From Tubiluchus corallicola (lineage: Eukaryota; Animalia; Priapulida), in assembly GCA_030141605.1 (NCBI GenBank), contig JAQGDQ010000103.1:434001-498000 (forward strand): a stretch of DNA of 64,000 bases. The letters run 5' to 3'. How positions within the stretch are numbered: position 1 is the stretch's first letter; the number at the start of each line of letters is the position of its first letter. The notes beneath the pieces are model-generated. The model did not search any database. It saw only the letters and a program-made list of their open reading frames with translations, and had not been told where the DNA came from. Below, piece after piece: positions 28,076-61,100 of the stretch. A program made the translations under genes and the position numbers.

Positions 28076-29268
28076 ATACTGAAAAACTTGCTTTCATTAC
28101 GAATGATGATGTTTTAACTAGAAGCGTTTTAGGGTTATGTTCTGGGAGTCATTTGAAATCATTTATAATTGGCTTTTAGTGCACTCTGTAGACAAACTCT
28201 CTATTTATTGACAGTAATTCCACGAGAGAAATGATTCCATATTTATGATTCTGCGCAAATTATTATATATCATGCACTTACACTATCCACTAAAAATTAG
28301 TTTTATTGGTGCAGTTTACAAAGTGTATGCAATGTAATTTCGTTAGAGTGCAATTATTGGAATAAATAGCGATTTTATATTGTGCTCAATTACATCAAAG
28401 ATTAAAGTTTAGATCAGTGTAATTTGTTATGGTACGTAGCCATAACATAATTTTTTGTATTTTACATGCGTAGAATATACAAAATACTAGTCATTACGAT
28501 TATGCCGTTTTTGAGTAATGATTTTATCTGTATTTATCTACGCTTTTCTCACTTGTATATATTTTTAACCCTTTTTATTAATGTTGTTTCATTGTATTGT
28601 CTTTGTATGAAATGTACTACATATAAACGAAATTAATGGTATATACGGGACGGTTATCCTATAGGCTAGTATATGATAAAGGCCTCTTTTCAGACTGAGT
28701 CATGACTGTGACTGCATGGAAAGATTACCCAACCAAGGGTATTACTATAAGCACCTAAACCTATAATTGTAAAAGCACAGACAGTACTCTTAACGTAAAT
28801 TGCATATGTCATATAGAATTAACACTGTCATATAGAATTAATATGATACTAGACTACACTGTAGTACAAATAGGCTACAGCCTAGGGCTCTCGGCTTGGG
28901 GTCCTCAACCTTGGTAACATTTGGTAAAAAAAATGGTTGAAATACGTTCTAATTTTATTTGGAATAAATAACAAAATTGTGATATTTCTTAAAGAATATT
29001 TTTATTGACAAACAAAAGAGAGCTATCCTAGTTTATCTAGTGAATTTGCGATAAGTTTACTTCCAGCTATGTAAATGTCACTAAAATATATATTTACGAG
29101 TAAAAGAATATTCAAGACCGGTGTGGGTGTTAGAGTTAGAGGGTGGCTCCATCTGAGGGGCCCATTTATTTCATTAGTCTAGGGGCTCCAGAAAGTCCGG
29201 CCCAGGAGATATATATTTTATTCTGAACCACATGTTTTCGTACTTAGGTATCAGTTGGAAAGCGTAAC

Positions 29269-30204
29269 ATGGACTTGACGGGAAATGAAACTGAGCTGCA
29301 GCTTCCTGATAGTGAAACACTCACACTGGTGACCAATATTTTAATGCACACAATCGCTGGTGTTGTCGAGTTATCGAATCTGCTGGTGATTATAGTTTTA
29401 GTAAGATACAGACATTTGCAACAATTCAGTAACTGGTACTTATGTAACTTGGCAATTGCTGATTTATTGACAGGGACGTCTTTGCACCTTCTAACGTACG
29501 GCTTAGTCACATTAAAACCGTACAGGTTGTCCAGAATCGAATGTTTATCGCTTTACCAATCTTCTGTTCTCTTCAGCGTCGAGTCGCTGGTGACATTGCT
29601 GGCTCTGACAGTCGACCGATACATCGCCATTAAGCACTCACTGCATTACAATCTGATCGTCAAGAAATGGAAGGTCCAGCTGGTCATCTCCGCTTCTTGG
29701 ACGTACTCCTTCGCTCTTAGCTTTCTGTTGTATCACAATGACCGGTTTCATCCCATTCATAATTGTCGCTTCGAGCTGATTGCCAACCGAAACGTTATCA
29801 CTATCATGAACGTTCACTTCTTTCTCAACGCCACTGTGTTGCTGCTCCTGAATACCATCATCATGGCCATCGCTCGCCGTCACATGCAACAGATACGACC
29901 CGATGATATAACGTCGTACCGTCGTAACGTCAAATCTGCCAAAATCATCTTCCTCGTTGTTGGGACTTTCATTGTTTGCTGGATGCCATTCAGTATAATT
30001 AACATCAGTGTCATGGAAATGGACTCCTATACCAAACATTTAGTTCATATCCGCAGATTCGGTTACATTTTAGTGTACATGAACTCTTTCATGAACCCAA
30101 TTATCTACATAAGAAAAAATAAGGAGTTTCGGGAATCTGTCAAGAAAATGTTGTCTCTTGAAACGTTGATAAAGTGTTTCAAGAGCAATCGTACCAACGT
30201 GTGA
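29269..30204 (+). CDS. Intronless rhodopsin-family (class A) GPCR, loosely adenosine/melanocortin-receptor-like orphan
   Basis: 311-aa ORF with seven hydrophobic segments, N-terminal NET sequon, LAIADLL (TM2), DRY (TM3), W in TM4, CWMPF (TM6), NSFMNPIIY (TM7) and helix-8 KEFRESVKK. Confidence 0.93.
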   Translation: MDLTGNETELQLPDSETLTLVTNILMHTIAGVVELSNLLVIIVLVRYRHLQQFSNWYLCNLAIADLLTGTSLHLLTYGLVTLKPYRLSRIECLSLYQSSVLFSVESLVTLLALTVDRYIAIKHSLHYNLIVKKWKVQLVISASWTYSFALSFLLYHNDRFHPIHNCRFELIANRNVITIMNVHFFLNATVLLLLNTIIMAIARRHMQQIRPDDITSYRRNVKSAKIIFLVVGTFIVCWMPFSIINISVMEMDSYTKHLVHIRRFGYILVYMNSFMNPIIYIRKNKEFRESVKKMLSLETLIKCFKSNRTNV

Positions 30205-32659
30205 AGTGAGCGCAATATTTTGCGTGTGCTTATTGATCCTGTACCACCTTTTGTGAAAAAAAACGAATTGGAATGTACGCTCATCATTCACTCATTATTG
30301 AATATTGGTAGCAAAATAGAGAGCAACAATTTACTGAAATAAAATGTGCATTTCCAAAGTTTATAAACAGAGTTGAGACGAGAATGTTCCTGTTGCGGCT
30401 TAACAAATGATATAACCTGTACACCAATATACAGAGGCTAATGTTTTATTAACTTGTTAACAAAATCTGGCATTTTCTTGCTGGGTAATAGGTTTATATA
30501 AAGCATCCGGTTTATCCGCACCTCATTCTCAACTGAAATTTGTGCAATAAACGTTCAATTCACACTGAAATTTACGCATAGCAATTGATAGTGTAATTAA
30601 AAAATAAAATATCATAATTTTTTATATAAAAACTAAAAACGAAAATTACCAATCACGTTGTCAAAACTGAATGATTCAAACCTAAAATAAATTGATGGCG
30701 CAATTTAAAAATTGACTATTGTAGAAAAAATTTGCTTTATTGAAAAAATTACATTTTGTATTGTAACAAAAACTTTACTTTATAAAATTCTAGTGTGAAT
30801 TTAATGTTTATTACAAAAGCTTCATTTGAGAATGGTTTAGGAATAAACCGAACGTCCTGCTTTGTATGAATCTAATGCTTTAATGCTTTATTTGCACGGG
30901 AAATATGCAAATTTTGTTGAATCAAAACATATGTTGAAAAGCATGAACAAAATGCTGACAATTCCAATTTTTACATTTTTGAGTGTAGCGGATGCAATGC
31001 CCTTTTTGGTTTTGCTTTATTTTCCAGATATTAGCACAGTACTGAAACCTGTTTATTTGTTTAGTAATTACTTAGTTTATTAGTACTATAGTCTATAGTT
31101 ATACATCATTTCTCTTTTCAAATTGGAGCACTTCGTATGACCACGATATCTTTTAATGCAATAGTAATTCCTCGTTCCAGAACTGCAGTACTTTAATTTT
31201 TCTGTCTGTTATAACACGTCACGTCATGTTACTCTTGTAAAATTGTGACGTTGTAACTTTATATTGTTAGCATCATTGTTGCTTGTAATGAGACACATTG
31301 GAGATCTCATTCTTGTCTATAGTATCTGTCTAAGGGTCCTAATATTACAAGTGTATTTAAATCGTTAATTAATTTTAACTAATTCAGTAGCGTATGTGCT
31401 CTGTTTGTGCAATTGCTTTAGCTGGATTCACATCTGTAATTTTGCCACAAACTCTTCTCGAATGTTTATAAGTTACTGCTTATTAAACTGAATGTTAGTA
31501 ATACATTTTGAAGTACAACCTAGTAAAATTTGCATACCCTGTAAAATTGATTACTTCATCTCAGAATAAAAAAGCTTTTGGTTTCTAGCACATTAACATT
31601 GGTGTTTGTATTCTCTTCATTGAGGTTATACAAATATTGACATAATTATTTCGAATCTCAATAGGACCCGCTATACAACAAGATGGTTAATCAGTCATGC
31701 TATAGAAACCACGCACTACCTCAGTTTGACACTAATCTGAACTTTATTGTAGTGTGATGCCTTTTTGGTCACTTCTTTTAATTTTTTTGGACTTAAGTTT
31801 CAAATTGCAAACCCAATTATACATAATTATATAGCAGTTACACATTACACTTATTTTATTGCTAATCCCTACAGTTTTTAAGTTTCCAGTGAAACACCCA
31901 GTTAAAATTGTCCTATATCTGATACTCTATAAACCACAAAAGTTTGATTACCCAATTCATTATATTTCATGAATTGTAACAATTTTACTTCTAATAAAGC
32001 TTCATGCAACTGAAATGTAAAATTAACTTGTAATATTGCAGATCACGCATAATTATTAATCTTGGATGGAATAAAAGCATATGCGTTATGCTATTTTTAG
32101 CTGCAGAACGCAAAGCGTCGGCTTGTTGTCTAGCAATTTGTAAACCTACTAAATTAGACGTCATTTGAGACACTTCGCCAGCTATTAGTACATAAATTTG
32201 TACGTATTTTTCAGGGAAATTTTTCAACATACCTAAGCGCCCACATTCTATACAGAAGAAACCTAACAAAGTACGTAAGTATTTAGTAGTACAACATACA
32301 TGTAATAATAGTAGGCTACAATTAAACATACGCAATTTTAGCAATAGCAAAGGAATGTGTACATTGAAATTATAACAACAGATCTACTGGCCCAAGTACT
32401 GTATTAACAAACATTTATTACTAGTTTGCAGGCACGTGACTATTAGTATAGCTCATTGTGTAATATACATGTAAAGCATTTTTGAGTATCAGGCAAAATA
32501 ATTAGTTAACGAAATCCATATTACATTATACAAATCCCAAATTATAAACGTTAATTTCTTTGCACTCTTTTATAGTCAAAAAGGACGAATTAGCAATTAA
32601 CAAAAAGGGAGAAAGTTTAACAGCTGTCTAATGATCCGTTTAGTAGTGTGCTCTTGTAG

Positions 32660-53631
<20,972 letters not shown>

Positions 53632-53651
53632 CTGCAAAGAAAAGAAAAGTA

Positions 53652-54784
53652 ATCAATGAATTTAGGTGAATCAAAAGGTTTCTTCATTGGTCAGTCAAAG
53701 TTCTCAGTAACTGGGACTCCAAGTTTTTTACACACGAAGAATCGGAAGTAGTTATGCTGAAAAGTTTCATCAACACGCATTGTCTTTTTTTAAGAATGAC
53801 ATACGTGAAAGAATTATTAATGCATAATCCCTAATTTCATCTTCGCGCGGCTACTTCGCCGCTGTTACACGCATTTCGCCTTCGCTAGTTAGGTGGGCAT
53901 TAGCTCCTGCATTTCGCAAATGCTTTGCACAAAGTACAGACGTTGCATCTCTCAGTTCAGATTTTGTTCTGTTGTGATGTAGCGCACATGTTCGTGACTG
54001 TAGCTCAGAATAATCTAATTTGTAAAAAAATCAAGAATGGCTTACATGAAAAAATTATTACCACAGAAAAACGTAATTTTGCGCTCGCACAACATATATT
54101 TCGCTGCAGCATGTATTTCGTCATTCACTAGTTAGGTGGTCACTAGCTTGTCTACCCAAGAAACACATTGCACAAAAAACAAATGCTGTACAGCTCAATT
54201 CAGACGTTCGATAGCTCATGCGGGAACTCATCGGTAAACTTGAAATTGGAATTTTAAACTTAAAATTTGCCGAGTTTTTGTGTATATCACTGAATGTTGT
54301 ACAGTAACACTGTACTTCAATTTTCACTTGTTAACACATCCAACACGCTCATCGAATGTTTCTGCAGTTGAAAATTGTGTTCAGTTGTGATGTCATCACT
54401 AGATGGGCTCGCCGCCGTTAATTAAGTTTTTAACCTACTATTTTTTATCAAGAACACATGTGCTAAAATGTATACTTTTTACGGCTACTTCAAGATGGGA
54501 TAAGATATGAAAAATCATCCCGTTTTCGTTTAAAATACAACCACCAGCGGTATGAAAATTTTCAATATTTTGAAATGATACAAACAAAAAACGTTTCATT
54601 AACATTAATTTAAGTCATGTTACTTTGCAATCAAGGAATAACGTAAGGATGATCGTACATGTTATCAATACTATCAACACATTGTTGATAAAACCTTCAG
54701 TAGAACCTCTTACGAGTACCGTTTACTAGAAAATTTGATTGATCAACGAAGAAACCCTTTCGTTTACCTAAATTCATTAAATTA
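53652..54784. mobile_element. ~1.1 kb TIR element with a nested dispersed repeat
   Basis: AATGAATTTAGGTGAATCAAAAGGTTTCTTCATTGGTCAGTCAAA (from 53655) is the approximate inverse of TTTGATTGATCAACGAAGAAACCCTTTCGTTTACCTAAATTCATT (~54734-54778). Confidence 0.7.
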
Positions 54785-55721
54785 ATGAAAAATAATATAC
54801 GAACGAACGAACGAACGAACGAAAGAACTTGTAACTAAACTAGTGAACGACCTAGTGAATGTTCTTGAATGTAAATTAGATTGTGTGACTGACTAAGACG
54901 TATCGTTGGCAAATTAACGCCCATATATACTGTTTGAAAGTGCCTCAGTTAATGAGCTCTCAAGACTGAAGAACCTCGTGGAATTGATGCGTGGGCTTCG
55001 GAAAGGTTGAACACGTAAGAAGACACCAACGCAAACTACTAACCCGTCTTGTATTAACAGTTATGACTAAAAGCTGGCAAATTAGATTCGTTTGGACGTA
55101 CCCAACGAAATGCACGTATGCGTGTGCGTATGCCGATTCTTTTGTCCCCTTCTAGTCATTCAAGTTAACGAAGCTTATGGCCCTCGCCTATTTAACGCTT
55201 ATAAGTCAAGAGACAATGACATCAGTTTCATTTGCCTTTTTAGAAATGCTGTTATGGTGCAAAAGAAAGTGTTATGGCTTCTTTAGCTTTTCATGCACAA
55301 ACAAACCTGTACGCTTCAATAGAAACAGCAAACCAAACCTGATAGCAACCCCATACTTGTATGACAATGAGACAAAGTTCACCTGTGACATTATTGGAGA
55401 CAGCTAAAGATATTTTGTATTTTTAAGAATTTAATCTTCTGTCCTACGGGACGATGATGAAAAATGGGACAGCACTTTAATTTTGCGGCGATGTATCTCT
55501 AGATCTAGGTAAAATCGCAAGGTAAAATACCCCAATCGCAACTGTGGACAAAGGTGCCCAGATGGTCTGTAGAGACCACACAAGAATACCTCATCTTAGT
55601 AGAGCAAAATTTATCTTGAAATCACTGAATGTACACTTTTTCTACAATCGAAAATATACAGTTTCCAAGCAAAAGTTCAATTATTTGTTCATCAAGTAGA
55701 TTCAAATATTCAAAATTTTTA

Positions 55722-55845
55722 TTTAAATGATCACAAGTTCCAATCAAATGATCACATGTAACAATCAAATGATCACAAGTTTCAATAAAATGAACACGTT
55801 CCAAATAATTGATCATAAGTTCCAATCAAATAATCACAACTCACA
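55722..55845. repeat. 21 bp minisatellite (GTTCCAATCAAATGATCACAA); more units at 57605-57700
   Basis: Read directly from the sequence. Confidence 0.85.
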
Positions 55846-55904
55846 ATTGTATTGTGATGCCGTCTATGATAAGAAGAATTCATAATTTACTGCGCGTTTT
55901 TTCT

Positions 55905-57143
55905 AGGGATGTTTCACTGTTTGTTATTGATGGATGATACTGTTATCCTATCGACGACCAGAGAAGGACTTCTGGAAAAGATAGGCATCCTTGAAGAATT
56001 TTGTCGTGAGTCAGGAATGGTAATTAACGAATCTTAAACCAAATTTATGGTTATTAACGGTAACGAAAGGGATAAAAGGGTTATTATCCGCGAGAACATA
56101 GTAATTAGGATATGTGAGTATTACGTTTATCTCGGATCTGTGTTCAGTGCTTCAGGAAAGTTACAGCCCTCACTGGAAAAACATTGCGAAGAAAAGTTTA
56201 CCCATGTTCTTAAATATGTATCATTTGTGAACAAAAACTCACTATTCCCATTCTGGGTTAAGAAAAAAGTGATGGACGCGGCCCTGCTATCATCTATTTT
56301 CTACAGCTGTGAATCTTGGTTGACTGGCAATCTTAAGCCGATAAATGTGATGTACAATTCTGTGATTAAAGCATTGCTTGGCGTCAGGAAGACAACCGCT
56401 AATGACTTATGTTTAGTCGAGCTAGGATTACCTTCTGCCAAAGCGTACGTTCAAAACGTGCAATCAAAGTTCTTTAGACGGATAATCGAATCGAGAGCCA
56501 ACGAGCCCGATGACCCATTTTCAATCGTATGGAATTTGTGCTCGGAAGCGAACACACCATGTGTACAATATGTGAAAGCTATCCTTCGTAAACAGATATT
56601 ATCTCTGACGACCTCGAGAACACAAAACAACATATCAGGGATTCCGAAAGAACTAAACTGTGCACCTATCTCTATCTGAATCCCGAACTATCTGTCAGTG
56701 CAATGTATAGCGTTAAAGTAAAGGAGCTCCATAGGATTAAAACATCTAGCTATTGAGACTGGAAGATGGGCAAGGATAAAAAGGGAGGACAGGCTATGCT
56801 CCTGGTCTGGCTTAAACATTCAAACAGAAGAGCATGTTATCTGTTTTTGTCCACTCAAGGATCACCTTCGTGAAGATAACACTGAACTGAGCTTCAACGA
56901 TTTGCATGAATTTTTCAATGGAAACCCAAAGTCATATTGTGAATTTGTAAATAACTGTTTAGCGATTTTTGGGCAGTAACGATCATGTTAGGCGATAATA
57001 AGTGTGTAGTGAGAATTTGTAAATAATTCTTCAGTTATTTTTTTATAGTAATGATCATGTTATACGATCAAAAGTCCTTTTTTGTAGTGATCTATGGACT
57101 GAACTAAAGTATCATGTTCGACTGTCTCTTAATCAGTCAATAA
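55905..57143 (+). mobile_element. 5'-truncated non-LTR retrotransposon (RT C-terminal half, zinc knuckle, 3'UTR)
   Basis: LLLMDDTVIL (catalytic DD), GMVINES*TKFMVING, YVYLGSVF, YSCESW, IETGRWARIKREDRLC and IQTEEHVICFCP. Ends in AATAAA followed by (CA)n. Confidence 0.88.
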
Positions 57144-57145
57144 AC

Positions 57146-57146
57146 A

Positions 57147-57245
<99 letters not shown>
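57146..57245. repeat. (CA)n/(TA)n microsatellite forming the LINE tail
   Basis: Read directly from the sequence. Confidence 0.97.
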
Positions 57246-58754
57246 TAACTAAAAAAAATTATAAAAAAGAAAAGAAAGAAAAAGTAAAATGAAACACTTA
57301 ACAACAGTTTATAGCTGACACTAACGCGTTGAGTCGAAATGCAAACCAAGTGATTAAACCAAAAATTACTGAATCACTACTGACTTAATAACAGCAACCA
57401 AGAAAAGAAAACAAAAATGAAACCGAAGCCGAACATGGCCAAGAACGCACTGCTCTCGAATCTACGAGAACAGGTTACACGCTCGAGAAAATTGGCCTAG
57501 AAAAACTGAACTCTGATAGGCCCACGCAATTTTACATTCAATACACTACATTTTCATGAAGCCTGTGGTTTCCGAGACGGTTTAATCCTGCGACCGTTCC
57601 AGAAAATGACCATAAGTTCCAATCAAATGATCACAACTCACAAATTCCAATAAAATGAACACATGTTCCAGTCAAATGTTCACAAGTTCTAATCAACTGA
57701 TTGGGTGTTCAAAATGCAAGCGGCCAAGTATGAAATGATACCAACTTTTAAATGATTTTTCTAATTACACGAGGCGTTTATTACTTTTATTACTAAACCT
57801 TTCTAACATTATTCGCGAATAGTTCAGAATGTTGTCTTTTCGTTATCATAATTTACATGTCACCATGCAACTCAAATGGTTGTTGTTTATCTTCAAAACT
57901 GGGAAGAATACTTACAATGTTATTAGAGTTTTTAAAGGAAATGACTTAAGTTTCCATCATCAAGAAAATGTTATAGGTACAAATATTGTCAATAATCTTG
58001 AACGTTTTCCTTTAATGTGAGCATGTATTGATGGAATAATTTAATACGGCTAAATGTGAGAAACCTTGCATGTTGTTCCGACGTTAACATTACCGTAAAT
58101 TAATAAAATTAGTAAATCATTAAACACGTAATTAAATGTAGCTTAATCACATTTGTAATTAACATTGATGCACTTCTACTAAAAAGACTAAAACTGCAAA
58201 TGTGAGTTAATTTGAGTTAACTGTATAATTAAGTTAATACAAGCATTTTACGTCACTGTGTTAACGTGATTATTATAATAACATTATCGGAAATTTTCAT
58301 AAGAAATTTGTGTAGTAATGGTGATATTAATAGAATCTAATTGCTTCTGTGTCATAAATAAAAAGTGTTAATAAATTACCTACGTGGAAATTGTAAAATA
58401 ATGAGCTAAACATAAAATCTCGTTCTTTGAACTTTCATTTACCTATTGAAGCTGATCGATTAAGCCCAAATTAATTTATTTTAGTGGATAAATATTTCGT
58501 GTAATTCTGTTATATCTCACTTATGCCTAGCTCACACAGTCCTTCAAAAGAACGGCGCCTAACAGACTGACATTCAAAATACTGATCTCTGTCCACACGA
58601 TCAGTTTTCACTGACAGTTACTTTGCACATAACTGTTTGGTGAAAAGGTGTTCTGTAACTTCCATAAAAAGTTTAGTTTATTAACGAACAACACAAAACA
58701 ATATGCAATACAATATACATAAAAAAAATCACACATCACACAAAGCATCCCAAC

Positions 58755-61100
58755 ACGATTGTATGTCGTTTCGCCAGTCAACTTTTTCGCCAGTCTACTA
58801 TTTCGCTAGTCCACTTTTTCGCCAGTCTACCTTTTCTCAGTCTACTTTTTCGCCAATCCACTTTTTAGCCAGTCCACTTTTTCGCCAGTCTACTTTTTCG
58901 CCAGTCCTCTTTTTCGCCAGTCTACTTTTTCGCCAGTCTATCTTTTCGCCAGTGTAATAATGATTAACAATAAAAACTTTACTTACGTATACATATAAGT
59001 AACCATTGATATATTAGGTTTCATTTAAACGCTTTGTGAACGGAAGATATAAATCCTACAGCAGCGTACCATATATCATTGGATTTGCAATGAAATGAAG
59101 AATCTGATGCACTGCGCCTAAATCGCGAGTCCAGTTTTGCTTAGCCAGACAACGGCAATAAAAAGGATATCCGGTCAGAATTTAACATTCAGAATCTGCT
59201 GTTATTTCCGTTCCGCAATGTTTAATTTCCGAGATACGCATCTTTTTGGAATAACACAAATCTAGGCAGTGCTACTCCACCAAATTTGGTGTGCCTGTAG
59301 CTAGCGTAGATTGCCATCTAAGCGTACAATTTCGGGTCGTGACCCTTTGACTCACTCGCCTAAGTTAAGGCCCGAAAATCGTCAAAATATGTCGTCTATT
59401 TGAGAAGCAGTTGCTCTTTCAAAAAGCGCCGTCTATTCAAACGAAAAATAACATGCGAAGTAATGTGCCTTGGCTATCAGTAACTGGCTCAGTTTTGTCG
59501 AACGCTGAACCGTTGCCGTTTTACGGGACCTCAGACATGCCATTGTCTGTACTATGCTTAATATACTTAACATAAACAACAATTGCAAAAATTGCATGGT
59601 TTCCTTCAAGTCATAAGTCGCACAGGGGCGTGCTATACACATTCGATTCGCAAAGAAATGCAGAATAGGATGTACTACGTCGCAATTGCAAGTCAAAATT
59701 TCGTTTAACCACAGTATGGCAATAAGTAAGATGTTAGATACCGAGAATGTGAACGTGCAGAATCTGGTAAAATTTTTGCTGGCGGTAGTGCCCTTCTAAC
59801 TGAGAATGGTGAAATGCACGTAACAACGAGGAACTAATGGCGCGAATGCGAAATTGCATTTGTGTGGTAATAATTCTTTCACATATTTGGAAAAAATAGT
59901 GTGTTCCTTTCAATTTTTTAAAGAGCAGATTGTTTTGACATACAGTTTACGATTGGGCCTGGTTTTGCTTTAAACGCTCTCCGAACGAAAGACGTGAATC
60001 GTACAGAGACGTACCTTATATCATTGGATTAGCAATACAACGTAGTATAAGATGCGCTGTGCTGACTATGACAATACTGTATACTTTCTAAAATTTCAAT
60101 CATATTTTAGGTCTCAAAAAACGCCAACTCTACCACTAGTAGCACAAGGACAGTGTTATATAATAAAGGAAGCATCTCGTTCATGCAATTTGCCAAATTT
60201 CGGTTATTTTCGGTTAAGTAAAAACTGAGAAAAAAAAATTCAGCACAGCGCATCTTATACTACGTTTCGTTGGTACCGCCATGGGCACCAATTTTTGCAA
60301 TTGTCGTATACGTTACGTATATTAAGCCTAGTACAGACAATGGCATGTTTGAGGCCCCGTAAAACGGCAACGGTTCAGCGTTCGCAAAACTGGGTCGGTT
60401 AGTGATAGCCAAGGGACATTACTTTACATGTTTTTCCCCGTTTGAATAGATGGCGCTTTTTGAAAGAGTAACTGCTTCTCAAAAATGGATGACGTATTTT
60501 TACGATTTTCGGGCCTTAACTCAGGCGAGTCAAAGGGTCAAATTGTAAGCTAAGATGGCCGTCTACACTAGCTGCAAGCACACCAAATTTGGTGGAACAG
60601 CTCTGTCTAGTTTTTGAGTTATTCTAAAAAGATGCGTATCTCGAAAATTAAACATTACAGAACGAAAATAACAGCAGATTCTGAATGTTAAATTTTCGAC
60701 CGCACATCCTTTTTATTGCCGTTGTTTGGCTAAGCAAAACTGGACTCGCGATTTTGGCGCGGTGCATCAGATTCTTCATTTCATTGCAAATCCAATGATA
60801 TATGGCACGCCTCTGAGGATATGTCGATACCTAATATATCAATGGTTACCTGTACATATAGGTAAGTTAAGTCTTCATTGTTAATCATTATTACACTGGC
60901 GAAAAGATAGACTGGCGGAAAAGAGGATTGGCGAAAAAGTGGACTATCGAAAGAAAAAGTAGACTGTTGAAAAAGTGGACTAGCGAAAAAGTAGACTGGC
61001 GAAAAAGAAGACTGGCGAAAAAGTAGCCTGGCGAAAAAGTGGACTGGCGAAAAACGTAGACTGGCGAAAAAGAAGACTGCCGAACACTTGGTGCAATCGT
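58755..61100. mobile_element. Foldback-type palindromic element with ~850 bp inverted arms and terminal 17 bp arrays
   Basis: Termini ACGATTG / CAATCGT, inverted TTTTCGCCAGTCTACT arrays, and 58955-59600 as the approximate reverse complement of 60280-60895. Confidence 0.9.

Noticed and set aside
29244-30291. Antisense ORFs over the class A GPCR, and similarly 10373-10831 over KIAA0825 exon 1
   Set aside because: These are shadow frames of real coding sequence.
58769-58955. CRISPR-like short repeat array (also 1780-2180 and 62843-63162)
   Set aside because: The units are contiguous with no unique spacers, there are no cas genes, and the context is eukaryotic.
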